This document shows, piece by piece, positions 27,259-37,754 of a stretch of DNA of 64,000 nt. The translations under genes and the position numbers were made by a program. The DNA comes from a bacterium (GTDB lineage Bacteria > SZUA-182 > DTGQ01 > JAFGSM01), in assembly GCA_049472335.1 (NCBI GenBank), contig JBLIRO010000015.1, positions 1 to 64,000 on the forward strand, in the 5' to 3' direction. Numbering within the stretch: the stretch's first letter is position 1; each line of letters begins with the position of its first letter. The notes under the pieces were generated by a model. The model was not told the DNA's origin. It was given only the letters and a program-made list of their open reading frames with translations, and made no database searches.

Positions 27259-30021
27259 CTACTGAAGATCTATAATATTAATATCCTCCCCCAAATAATC
27301 CAGGTGATCGATTATGATCTTGTCCATGGCTACCGAGTATACATAGTCATCCATAAAAATACTTCTCTGTACAACAGAGTCTGAATCCGTCCACCAGTTC
27401 CTGCACATACCCCGCCAGTTTTCATAGCTTGATTCCATATGTGAAATCCTGCCGCGTTCTGAAAAACCATCATTCAAGGAGATGTCATATACCATCAGTC
27501 CGCTGAAGGTCATTTCCGTCCCGTATGTTCCTCCTGACCCGCCCTCGCATACTGTCATGGGTATCGCAAGAAGATTTTTAGGCGCGAAATAGTTGAAAGC
27601 CAGATGATTTGTGGCTGCCTCAGAGGTGCTGCCTCGTGTACCGATGACCTCCTTGTGCATCAGTTTCAGATCTTCCATGTCCGATACATCGAAGAGCTGA
27701 AGCATTATGCCTTGAAACCAGGCAAAGTCACCCTGATCTTCTGAGTCATAGCCAATTGTAAGCAGGTGATCATCATCCAAAAGGTGTATATAGGTTGAAT
27801 AGCCTGGGATCTTAAGCTCCCCCGCAATCATGGGTTTTTGGGGATCGCTTAAATCAAGGCCAAACAGAGGGTCGGTCTTCTTAAAGGTCACAATAAAACC
27901 CTTTGCCCCATTAAACCGAACCGACCTTATATCTTCTTTGGGTGCGATATCATCAATCTCGCCAACGACCTTCAATCCGTTCGGTATTTCCTCCAGTATG
28001 CTCAGTGTGCTGTGCACATCCGGACTCGGCAAATGACCGGTTGTCGTGGCAATTCGAAGATGGCCCTCATATTCATCCATTGAAAACTGGTTCAACACCT
28101 TTCCCTTGACCACTCCGCTGCCTGCATATTCAACACCGGGGGGGTTGCATTGAAGCCGGAATTTATGCACCGTGCTGGCTTCCTGAATGCCTGAAGATTT
28201 GTCAAAATACCATTTTTGATCTGAATTGTACTTCTGTATGGAGGATATATAAAGTGCCGATGATGAGGCGTAAACAGCCCCGGGATATGCAAATATCGTT
28301 TGTTGATTTAATTCCTCCAAACTGTCAATATCCATTGAAACAATGGTCAGGAAAGATTTGTTGTCCGGTTTGCCTGTGTCATAGAAGGAAGTACAATCGT
28401 AAAAAACACTGTCATCGGTGACCGTGCCGCCGGGACCATAAATGGTGTCCCGGATGCTTGGCAGCCAATCCGAAGTTCTTGAATCTTCGATGATTTTGCG
28501 GTTCTTTTCTTTTAACTCTTGGAATGCGGTCAGCAGTTCCTCCATTGTCGGCTCTTCATTAAAAAATTCATAATAATCCATATACCACCAGGGTAACTCG
28601 CACCAATTATATATTTCAGGCCAATATTCGAGTTCAGGCGCAAAATAGGCCGGAGAAAAAACCACTGTGTACACGGTGGACCCTACACGGCGTGAATTGA
28701 TGTATGAACCCCCAAATCTGATCTCCCTCACAAGCACGGGATTCAAACGGTCGGATATATCAAAGACCATTATCTTAAGTTTTCGGTTATCCCCGGTGAA
28801 ATCGCAGTTATAACCATAGGTGCACTCATTATCACTGTCATAGGAATAGTACCTGTCATCTAAATAATCAAGGCTTGAAAAGATTAAGGCCCGGTCATTG
28901 GCAACAAAAAGCTTTCTGGAAATACCCTCGATCGCTACGGTACTGATTATATTGGCATTTTGCGGTGGCCAGGCATCGATAATCAGGAACCTGTCATCCG
29001 CTAAAATATATATATATGACCCGTCATTCTTAATAAAATCGGCCTCATCCACCCTCACTACCTGTAAATTTGTTGTTGAATATTCATCAGCGCTCTCTGA
29101 AAATGGGAAAAAATCGGTATTCAGTCCATAAGGTAGAGGAGGAGTATAAAGTGATCCATCCGTGCCATAGAAATATGGAACAATAGAAGAATTGACATTG
29201 GAACAAGCAGCTCGGGAATAATCGTAAGTATCATTACAACAACCCCCGCATTCGATCACAGTTTCAATATATGAGTCAATCTCTTCCTCCATTTCATTGA
29301 TTGCCTCTTCCTTTAATTTCGCAAGCAAATCTTCACAATTAGTGACAGGTTTAAGTTTTGCAAGATAGCTTCCTCCGGGTGAGGATTGAGTAAAATCATC
29401 TTCTTTATTTTCCTCGCCTTCCCTGTTGGTTTGCGCCTGAGAATCATTATCTTTATTCTGTTTTGGAGCAAGAAATAACAGATTGAATCTTTGCAAATCC
29501 TGAACTGAACCATTTGGATTGTAGAGATTATTTAAAGGGTTTGATGTAAAGGCATTACTATTGAAAGAGAAATTATCTGTGTTATAAAGCTGAATTGTAT
29601 TCATGCTGTATGATCTGCCGGGAATCGAAAGGTCAAAATGATTATATAATTTGTTGAATGAATTGATAACTAGTCTATTGTTTGTATTAAACAGGCCGAA
29701 TGAGTTGTAAAGATTGAAAAATCCGTTGTTCTGATTTAAACCATTCCAGTTATGGTTTTTGTTAAAATTTAAAAGACTGTTTGTGGTATTGAAATTATTC
29801 AATCCATAACTGTTTATGCTTGAATTATCAAACTGGTTTGATAGAGCAGGAAATGAGTTGAATTGAAAATTTGTGAAATACGGATTTGATTCTATCGAAA
29901 ATAAAGCCGCATCTGATTTAACCGGACATAAAAAAAGGCAGCTTATCATTATGAATACAATTAAGGCCTTTAATAAAAAAACGTAAGCATTTATATTGAA
30001 TCCATCTTTTATATAATTCAT
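27259..30021 (-). CDS. Secreted beta-propeller (Beta_propel-type) protein with Asn/Phe-rich N-terminal region
   Basis: YSTTNLQV..VDEADFIKNDG, LNQFSMDEY, IRSVRF..FIVTFKKTDPLF, GELKIPGYSTYIH. Confidence 0.85.
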   Translation of the reverse strand: MNYIKDGFNINAYVFLLKALIVFIMISCLFLCPVKSDAALFSIESNPYFTNFQFNSFPALSNQFDNSSINSYGLNNFNTTNSLLNFNKNHNWNGLNQNNGFFNLYNSFGLFNTNNRLVINSFNKLYNHFDLSIPGRSYSMNTIQLYNTDNFSFNSNAFTSNPLNNLYNPNGSVQDLQRFNLLFLAPKQNKDNDSQAQTNREGEENKEDDFTQSSPGGSYLAKLKPVTNCEDLLAKLKEEAINEMEEEIDSYIETVIECGGCCNDTYDYSRAACSNVNSSIVPYFYGTDGSLYTPPLPYGLNTDFFPFSESADEYSTTNLQVVRVDEADFIKNDGSYIYILADDRFLIIDAWPPQNANIISTVAIEGISRKLFVANDRALIFSSLDYLDDRYYSYDSDNECTYGYNCDFTGDNRKLKIMVFDISDRLNPVLVREIRFGGSYINSRRVGSTVYTVVFSPAYFAPELEYWPEIYNWCELPWWYMDYYEFFNEEPTMEELLTAFQELKEKNRKIIEDSRTSDWLPSIRDTIYGPGGTVTDDSVFYDCTSFYDTGKPDNKSFLTIVSMDIDSLEELNQQTIFAYPGAVYASSSALYISSIQKYNSDQKWYFDKSSGIQEASTVHKFRLQCNPPGVEYAGSGVVKGKVLNQFSMDEYEGHLRIATTTGHLPSPDVHSTLSILEEIPNGLKVVGEIDDIAPKEDIRSVRFNGAKGFIVTFKKTDPLFGLDLSDPQKPMIAGELKIPGYSTYIHLLDDDHLLTIGYDSEDQGDFAWFQGIMLQLFDVSDMEDLKLMHKEVIGTRGSTSEAATNHLAFNYFAPKNLLAIPMTVCEGGSGGTYGTEMTFSGLMVYDISLNDGFSERGRISHMESSYENWRGMCRNWWTDSDSVVQRSIFMDDYVYSVAMDKIIIDHLDYLGEDINIIDLQ

Positions 30022-30289
30022 TTTAATCCCTCCCCGTGTCCTTGAATTGCCGATTATTTTAAAAATCAGGCATTAAATAAATATTTTGTCCTTTTATCTC
30101 ATAGGTGTCTCTCCTTTCACCGGTTTTAACAGAAAATCCCGCCTTGGTATTTTGATTCTTTAATATTAATTTGGTATTAATGGTTGGTTTATGTAATATT
30201 ATGCAAAAAATTATATTAATATTGGCTGCATTAAATTATGACGATGACATTAACCTTTAGTTACGATAATAGTCAACTTCATCGGAATA

Positions 30290-30445
30290 CCCATTTTAAA
30301 AGGCGAAGACTATATAAAGGGGGGTATTGAGATTGAACTAAAGAATGCATGTGCGATCCCTTATCTTTTTACTGCTTCTCCCTTTTGGAGTCCTAATGGT
30401 GCGTTGATTGGAATCATAGAAAATTTTAGGTGCTTGAGCAATATT
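30290..30445 (+). pseudogene. PAS/PAC motif remnant
   Basis: Frame reads ILKGEDY..ELKNACAIPYLFTASPFWSPNGALIGIIENFRCL, with stops upstream and no proper start. Confidence 0.45.
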
Positions 30446-30579
30446 GAAAATGGAGAAGATGTCATTCAAAAGCAGATGCATATAAAGGAGAAGGTTTTTG
30501 ATATTTCAATTAATATTGATAATTTTAGTAAATCAAACCTGACACAGATTCAAAAAGCAGATAAAAAAATTAAAGCAGA

Positions 30580-31266
30580 TTACTCACTGTCTGTCATTGA
30601 AATCCTTTCAGCCATTAATAAATCATCAGGGTATGTAATTGAAAGCCAGAACCCGGCCCGTATCATTCTGATAGGATGTCTCTTGCTGAGTGATACCATC
30701 ATATGTGGTAATGATTGCTCATTCTGGTTGTTATAGATTATCTCTTCTTCAAATATATCCTTTGTCAATACACACGCACCCGTAAAGATTAGATTCTTAT
30801 GGGAAATAATCTCAGAGTTGTTTACTATATCAAGCAGATAACCATCCTTTTCTAAACATATACTAAATCTGCCCGGGTCATCTTTTTCTATTACTAACAT
30901 TGCCAAATCATGTTTTGTAAGCTTTATCAGATCCTTATGATTATAAAAATCGTCTCCCATCAGGCAGAGAAAGGGATTATTCCTTATATACGGCCTGGCA
31001 GAATTGAGGGCGTCAAATGTCCCTAGCTGTTTTTTTTGCATGGCGTAACGAATTCTCCTCTCCTTATATGCCTCCCCGAAATGTCCCTGTATCTGATCAG
31101 ATAGAAACCCAACAACCATTATTACCTCGTCAATACAGTCCGGAAGGGAATCCAATGAATATTCCAGGATCGGACGCCCTGAAACCTCCAGCATCGGTTT
31201 TGGCTTATTATTGGTTAAGGGGCGTAATCGCGTTCCCTCACCTGCCGCAAAAATGACTGCCTGCAT
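30580..31266 (-). CDS. Sugar-phosphate nucleotidyltransferase (NTP_transferase family)
   Basis: AVIFAAGEGTRLRPLT..KPKPM, QLGT, MGDD. Confidence 0.9.
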   Translation of the reverse strand: MQAVIFAAGEGTRLRPLTNNKPKPMLEVSGRPILEYSLDSLPDCIDEVIMVVGFLSDQIQGHFGEAYKERRIRYAMQKKQLGTFDALNSARPYIRNNPFLCLMGDDFYNHKDLIKLTKHDLAMLVIEKDDPGRFSICLEKDGYLLDIVNNSEIISHKNLIFTGACVLTKDIFEEEIIYNNQNEQSLPHMMVSLSKRHPIRMIRAGFWLSITYPDDLLMAERISMTDSE

Positions 31267-31274
31267 GATAATAC

Positions 31275-32306
31275 TTAATCCTTTTTTATTAAGCCCTTGA
31301 TAATCTCTATGGCCTTTTCTTCTTTTCTCTTGATGTCATAAAAAAGTTTCAGTTGATTTCCTGCCTTATTTAGATTCTGTTCATAAAGGGTATCATAATT
31401 CCTTGAATCCAGTTGAAAATAGGATTGTGTATAAGCGTCCTCCAGGAATCTGGAAGAAAGCTCCAGGGCAATTGTAGCTGCTGAAGCCGGAACTGCCAAG
31501 AATTCTCTATCTTCTACAATCCGGCCGGCATCCTGAAAATAACCCTCCATCGCCGCGCTGAATAGTTCCAGGTCGAAATATACATGGTCGGAGTCCTCGC
31601 CTCCGGGATTACACCAGGAACGGACAGCATCTCCCATCTCCAGGGATATGCTCCCCTTTCGCAAGGTGTCCAGGTCAATCAGACATAAGGCCTTACTTTC
31701 GGACGGTTCGAAAAGAATGTTATTAAATTTTAAATCACCATGAAGGATATGCCGGGGGTTAAATTCAGGGATTTTTAAGAATCGATACGATTTTAAGATA
31801 TCATTTTTTATTGATAAAATTTTTTTGTCTTCACAATCTTTAAGACTGCTGCAAAGCCGCTCGATGAAGAATTCAGTCCTGTGCCAATTTTGAGACTTGT
31901 GCTCGAATTTATAATCCAGGGCCGAAAGGACCCTGTGAAATCTTCCCACTAAACGGCCGGCTGAGTCTGCGAATTCGATACCAGGTATAGTGTCAAATGT
32001 CCTTCCTTCAATGAAGGTCATCATCCGCCACGAATTGCTACCCTGCTTTAACAGAACCCCACCACCATTTTTATGTATTAATAAAGGCGTTATTAAACCA
32101 TTATCTCTTAGAAAAGAAGTTACTACATCAATGTCTTCCGTTACCGAATCAGGGAAGATTCCATGAAGCTTCTGTAATATATATCTATTTTTATCCGTTT
32201 CAACAAGGAATGTTTTGTTTATTAAACCTTTCTCTATAGGGTTAATCGACGTTACCCCTTCTATTTTGAACTCTTTAGTGATTGTTTTTAAATTTTCTAA
32301 ATTCAT
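31275..32306 (-). CDS. APH-fold phosphotransferase, N-acetylhexosamine-1-kinase-like
   Basis: GLINKTF, YILQK, HGDLKFNNILF, IDLDT, GDAVRSWCN. Confidence 0.8.
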   Translation of the reverse strand: MNLENLKTITKEFKIEGVTSINPIEKGLINKTFLVETDKNRYILQKLHGIFPDSVTEDIDVVTSFLRDNGLITPLLIHKNGGGVLLKQGSNSWRMMTFIEGRTFDTIPGIEFADSAGRLVGRFHRVLSALDYKFEHKSQNWHRTEFFIERLCSSLKDCEDKKILSIKNDILKSYRFLKIPEFNPRHILHGDLKFNNILFEPSESKALCLIDLDTLRKGSISLEMGDAVRSWCNPGGEDSDHVYFDLELFSAAMEGYFQDAGRIVEDREFLAVPASAATIALELSSRFLEDAYTQSYFQLDSRNYDTLYEQNLNKAGNQLKLFYDIKRKEEKAIEIIKGLIKKD

Positions 32307-32327
32307 ATACCCTTTACATACTTAAGG

Positions 32328-32750
32328 TTATCCTTTCATAACTTTTTTAATCAGCCCTGATTGCATTTTATCTCTATAATATGCAAAATCCGTTATCCTT
32401 GGGAACATGACCATTTTAAACCTGGATGACTCCTCCGGATCGTTAATCAAAAGACATTCTCCATTTGAAAAAATTTGACGTAGAAGTTCCTCACCGGCCG
32501 AATTCAATATTACGGGATGAATATCATTTCTTAAGATGCGGCCCAATTCCACAATGGATTTTTTGATGATTGTTTTCTTATATTCCTGATATTCAAAAAA
32601 ATTTCTATCTAAAAGGATTCCTATGTCAATATCACTCGAATGATATTCCTTCCCTTTTGCATTCGATCCAAATAAGTAGACGGTAATTATTCCATTTTTG
32701 CTTTTGAAATAGTTTTTGATCTTTTCTTTTAATAATTCTATGTCCTTCAT
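32328..32750 (-). CDS. Minimal nucleotidyltransferase (MNT/MntA-like), orphan
   Basis: YLFGS..SDIDIGIL; ATG at 32750 preferred over the upstream TTG. Confidence 0.8.
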   Translation of the reverse strand: MKDIELLKEKIKNYFKSKNGIITVYLFGSNAKGKEYHSSDIDIGILLDRNFFEYQEYKKTIIKKSIVELGRILRNDIHPVILNSAGEELLRQIFSNGECLLINDPEESSRFKMVMFPRITDFAYYRDKMQSGLIKKVMKG

Positions 32751-33091
32751 TCTTTCCAATCCAAAAATAAGAATTTTTATTAAACTACTTAATACTTGAT
32801 GGTAAAATGGAAAAAAACTCAAATTTTATTAATAAATTAATATAACATTCATGATATCGGGATGCAATATGATATGATAAAATTTAACTTTCTGTCTTGA
32901 CATAGGGAGTGACCTTAGTTTATACATGAATGAAGCAGGCAATCCTTTTTTAAAACAGTAAATAGAATATCCATAGAATAACTGATCATAACTAGCTTGA
33001 ATATTGTCTTAAAAGGAGGCCAATTGAGAATAAAGGTGATTTTATAGATCTAAACCATAGGGATTTTTATCCATCCGTAAGGGGAAATGTT

Positions 33092-36000
33092 ATGCAAAAA
33101 ACAAAATCATTGTCATTATATTTATCAATTCCATTGCTGGTTTCCTTTCTCATATTCACGGGTTGTGAAAGAAAGATCTCGGTAGAGCAGAAAATACCTG
33201 AAAAACTGGAGACGGATCAAGCCTTTGTTGAGCTGAAAATCAATCTCCTGGATAAGGGGCCTCAACAGCTTAATCAAACAGGAGATTGTGAATTAATCCT
33301 CAAGCCTAATATCCATATGGAAGAATTTGCGCTGGAATTGAGCGCCGCAGGCAGCATAATTATTAAGCCGACAAATGATTTTCAAAAAAAAGCGCCCGAG
33401 CAGGGGGCGTTGAGAGACATCCCTGTTCACACAATGTTCCAGACTATTATCCACTCCATGGAAAAAAATGAACAGATAAAAATAAGGATACCTTTTAAGA
33501 TAGAAAAACCGGGTTATGGATATATTGCTGTGAGGATACTTTCACCCGAAGGAAAACCCACCGAATATTCCAATGGATTAACTCTCTATGCATTAGGGCG
33601 GGATGATAGGATTTTCTATAGTGAGCACAGCATTATGGACCTGGATGCTCAAAGCCTGAGAGATGAGTTGCAAAGGAAGGGGATGGACAAAGAGACCATC
33701 GAATATGAGATAAAAAAACTTAAACGCGGCGGGGCCCGTTTAAACAAAAGTTCCAGAGAGGGGACCAATAGCTCCAAAAGGCTTCATGACAGGCAATCCT
33801 ACAATTCCATCACCATAGACGGGCATATCCGTTTTACAGATTCCATCGGCGGGGTCCATCCTGTCCGTTTTGCTACGGTCAACATAATGGATCAGGAAGC
33901 TACCCCCCCGGACCAATTGGTTGCTGCTACGCAAACCGATGAGAACGGTTTCTATTCAGTCACTGTTGATGACAATGACGGCGATGGGACCGGAAGGGAC
34001 ATATACGTAGTTGTCCGGGCGAACGGCGACACCATACAGGTTGAAGATTACGGCACTAATCATGACGTTGCTTCCAGAGACGTATGGGAACTGGATTCCA
34101 ATCCTCCTGTTGTTGATGTGCCGGATAATACAACGCAAACCATAAACATCACCGCCACCAATAATATCGCGAGCCCTCAAAATGTCGCCTTTGAACTATA
34201 CGAGGCCATGAACACCATATCCCGATATCTGCCGGAGCTGGATGAGCCCCTGCCGGCCAAGATCCCGATACGCTATCCGCGGCTTGGGTCGACAGTGGCC
34301 AGTTTCAGCCCCACGGACATATGGATAAAGATCCCCGACGCAAAGGTCCATGATTGGGATGTCCATCATCATGAATACGGGCATTATATTCAGCATATTT
34401 ACGGAACCGCCGACAACCCCGGAGGGCCACATTCCTCCTGTAATAACCTGTGCGTCACCAAAGGCGATAAAGATCAGGGGGTGCGCATGTCATGGGCCGA
34501 ATCCTGGCCCACGTTTTTCGGTACCATGGCCCAGAACGAGATGGGGCTGGATGCTTTAGGCATCCCAGACCTTGGAGATGTCCGCTACACCTGCCCTGCT
34601 AATGGCCTGGATTATGATCTGGAGGACGAGACCGACGGCTGTAATAACGGGGAAGGCTGTGAGCGGGCCCTTATGCGAATATTCTGGGACCTGTATGATA
34701 ATGTCAATGATGACGATGACCAGGATGTAAATCTGGGCGCCCAATATCTCTGGGATGTCATCAAGGACAATCAGCCCCTGACCTTTTCGGCCTTTTGGAA
34801 CTATTTGATACTTGATAAAACCGAGGCGGAACGGATTGCTTATGGGAGGATCTGCACGCGCTATGGGATTGCCTCTGAAACCACGATGCCTGCCGACGGT
34901 ACCGTTTACGCGGGCGGGGCTTCACCAACCTTCCAATGGAATGGAAATATGGGGTGCGATATGGGAGGCAATGCCCGCTATTCCGTACGTTTTTATAACA
35001 ATGACCTGACTGCCCTGATCTATTCCTCACCCTGGCAAAACGGTACCTCCTTTGTCCCAAGCCCTGATCAGATAAATCAGATATTTGTAGGACCTGATTC
35101 CACTCTCAGGTGGATAGCCAGCAGCAAAGACCTGAGCGCTCCCGAAACCGGGGCCTATTACGGCAATTTACAGACCATAGTTGATAACTATGATGTGCCT
35201 GACCGCAATCCTGTTGACATCGTCCTTGCCATGGATCTTTCCGGAAGCATGGCAAATCCCGTTCCGGGGAGCGATTTCCCCATAAGCAAGCTCGAACTGT
35301 TACAGCAGGCCACGGAGGTCTTCATCAGGACCTGGGCCATGCACGCTATAGACGGCGACAGGCTGGGTGTTATTTACTTCAGCACCCATACAAGTTCCGT
35401 AGCGGGAGCGGTTTCTCCATACCTGCTGGGTGTGGCCACAGATGCGGAGACAATCATTAACGATATCAAAGGAAAAACAGCCGGTGTTTGCACGGCGATC
35501 GGAGGGGCGATCCAGGCAGGCTTCAACTGTCTGACTGATGGTGATAACAAAAAGGTCATCCTGCTGTTTAGTGACGGTGAGCAGACAAAAAATCCCTTTG
35601 TGGACGAAGAAGGTATTCCATCGCGTCTGAAGATCCGTCAGGTGCCTGACGGAGGCACTGTCCCCTTTGGTGGCTATTGGTGCGGGGGCAGCGGGCTTGC
35701 CAATGATCCGGAAGGAAATCCCATTGTTCCGGATGGCACTACATTAGAAGACCACCATATCCAGATCCATACAATAGGTGTGGGGGTTGCCGGGGCTGAC
35801 TTTGAAGAGCTTATAGAGCGTATGGCAAGTGAGACAGATGCCCTGCATCATTATACTTCCCTGCCGGATGAGGACCTGGATATCTTTTTTACCAATGATC
35901 TCATAAACAGCCTGAAGACCGGGACCCTGGAGATCGTGAAAACTGAAAAGGAGAACCTCTCACTCAAAGAGACACGCCACCTTTCCGTTCCCGTCAACCT

Positions 36001-37108
36001 GGCTTCAAAATCCTTTACCTTTGTGCTCTCATGGAAGGGCGAATCGAATCCCGATGCCATACTGACTACCATTAAACTCCCTGATGGCTCTATAGCTACG
36101 GCAGATAAAACAGATCATGGTCCGTTCTTTTCCATTCACAAGTTTGAATTTCCCTATGAGACTGAAGATGGCGCGTACCATAGTCACAACGGCAACTGGC
36201 TGATCACCTTACAGGGCCAGTCACAGGCTGACCTGATAAAATACCAGGCCACTGCCATTGTGGATGAGCCCTGTTTTGATTATGAGTTTGATTTTCCCCG
36301 TACCTGCTATGGCACAGGTGACAGGATAATTTTAAGGGCGAAGCTTTTACAGGATCACAAACCCCTCAGAAAAGCGGACGGCATATGGGTTGACATTGCA
36401 TCCCCTGCTTACTCAAGCATGAACATTCAGGCGAAATATCTCCCTCAGATTGATATGAAAAGGGATGAAACCAGTATGACCTCAATGAAGAGGAAAATCC
36501 TTTCATGGTTCGGGCGGAATAAGGATGATTTCACTTATCAGGACCGCCTGACGGAATTATTGCGGAAAAATCCCGAAGTTGCCCGGTTGCTGAATGCAAA
36601 ACAATCGGACAGTATCCGGCTTCACGATGACGGACAACCCCTCCATGGAGACAAGATCGCGGGAGATGGCATCTATTCCAATATCTATTCGACAACCCGG
36701 ATCCCGGGCAATTACCAGTTCAAGCTCAATATAATAGTATCCTCGGTCTGCGGGAGGGTGGAACGCTCCGCAATAACCTCCACTCTGGTTCGTGTAAGGG
36801 ATTTCGATCTCACCAAAAGTTTCATTACTCTCAAGATCATAGAGGATGGTTTATACGCTATCCTCATAAAACCGCAGGACCGCTTCGGTAACCTGCTTGG
36901 TCCCGGACATGGCCGGGATATCAAAATATATTCCTCAAGCGGCAGGCTCACAGGGACTTGGAACGACAATCTTGACGGCACCTATTACCATCTAATCAAA
37001 GTAAAGCTGGGTGACAATCCCCGTATCAATATCCGAATCCGTGGCAGGGATTTCATACAGACGAACCTCGCCACTTTAAAAAGTGTGGATAGGTTTAGAT
37101 TGCTCTGA
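33092..37108 (+). CDS. Large lipoprotein: zinc metalloprotease (HExxH) + vWA + C-terminal beta domains
   Basis: Lipobox IFTGC; HHHEYGH; downstream SWAE; MIDAS DLSGS...T...SDG; LHDDG..GDKIAGDGIYS. Confidence 0.85.
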   Translation: MQKTKSLSLYLSIPLLVSFLIFTGCERKISVEQKIPEKLETDQAFVELKINLLDKGPQQLNQTGDCELILKPNIHMEEFALELSAAGSIIIKPTNDFQKKAPEQGALRDIPVHTMFQTIIHSMEKNEQIKIRIPFKIEKPGYGYIAVRILSPEGKPTEYSNGLTLYALGRDDRIFYSEHSIMDLDAQSLRDELQRKGMDKETIEYEIKKLKRGGARLNKSSREGTNSSKRLHDRQSYNSITIDGHIRFTDSIGGVHPVRFATVNIMDQEATPPDQLVAATQTDENGFYSVTVDDNDGDGTGRDIYVVVRANGDTIQVEDYGTNHDVASRDVWELDSNPPVVDVPDNTTQTINITATNNIASPQNVAFELYEAMNTISRYLPELDEPLPAKIPIRYPRLGSTVASFSPTDIWIKIPDAKVHDWDVHHHEYGHYIQHIYGTADNPGGPHSSCNNLCVTKGDKDQGVRMSWAESWPTFFGTMAQNEMGLDALGIPDLGDVRYTCPANGLDYDLEDETDGCNNGEGCERALMRIFWDLYDNVNDDDDQDVNLGAQYLWDVIKDNQPLTFSAFWNYLILDKTEAERIAYGRICTRYGIASETTMPADGTVYAGGASPTFQWNGNMGCDMGGNARYSVRFYNNDLTALIYSSPWQNGTSFVPSPDQINQIFVGPDSTLRWIASSKDLSAPETGAYYGNLQTIVDNYDVPDRNPVDIVLAMDLSGSMANPVPGSDFPISKLELLQQATEVFIRTWAMHAIDGDRLGVIYFSTHTSSVAGAVSPYLLGVATDAETIINDIKGKTAGVCTAIGGAIQAGFNCLTDGDNKKVILLFSDGEQTKNPFVDEEGIPSRLKIRQVPDGGTVPFGGYWCGGSGLANDPEGNPIVPDGTTLEDHHIQIHTIGVGVAGADFEELIERMASETDALHHYTSLPDEDLDIFFTNDLINSLKTGTLEIVKTEKENLSLKETRHLSVPVNLASKSFTFVLSWKGESNPDAILTTIKLPDGSIATADKTDHGPFFSIHKFEFPYETEDGAYHSHNGNWLITLQGQSQADLIKYQATAIVDEPCFDYEFDFPRTCYGTGDRIILRAKLLQDHKPLRKADGIWVDIASPAYSSMNIQAKYLPQIDMKRDETSMTSMKRKILSWFGRNKDDFTYQDRLTELLRKNPEVARLLNAKQSDSIRLHDDGQPLHGDKIAGDGIYSNIYSTTRIPGNYQFKLNIIVSSVCGRVERSAITSTLVRVRDFDLTKSFITLKIIEDGLYAILIKPQDRFGNLLGPGHGRDIKIYSSSGRLTGTWNDNLDGTYYHLIKVKLGDNPRINIRIRGRDFIQTNLATLKSVDRFRLL

Positions 37109-37754
37109 TGCAAATGATTCTGAATTTTTAGCACAAGTCGGAAAGAGCGGATAGAGATTTAAGGGCTATTATGGTGACTACAAGATAGTTGTAAGGCTTA
37201 GTTCGGGGTTTTCAAGAACGTTTCCTCCACTTCTAATCATTTATGCCAATCATAAAAACCATTTATAGAATAGTCAGTTCCATCCTCTTTATTGATTAAT
37301 TTGACATCGGTTCGAATCACCGGGCCATAAGATCTGGAGAGAGTAGAGTTCTGATTGAGTGCAGGTTAAAAAAATACTGAAAAATAAGATGCCTTTTGTC
37401 GGAACCAAACAGCTATAATTAAATAGAATAGATACTTTAAGAAAAAGTTGCCGATAATAATAAAAAATATGGATATATTGCTCATGTGACCTGAAACTAG
37501 AAAGTTTAAATGTGAAAAAGATCATAGTTTTACAGGAAAAATATCATATTGTTTAACAAATCCCTTATCCAAGAAATAAATCTGGTCATCAGAAATCATT
37601 TTTAATGAAATATAACTATTTCGTTAACATTTGGAAAGGGGGTGATAAAAAGACTAAAAATGTAATCAGTATTATTGATAACTGAATTTAAGCGATTGCT
37701 TAGTAATCACCTTAATAATTTACTAAAATTTACTGAGTAAAGGAGAAAGTTGTT

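Noticed and set aside
30404..30736. 110-aa ORF as an intact gene
   Set aside because: Overlaps the convergent nucleotidyltransferase by about 157 nt; only its 5' part looks protein-like (PAC remnant)
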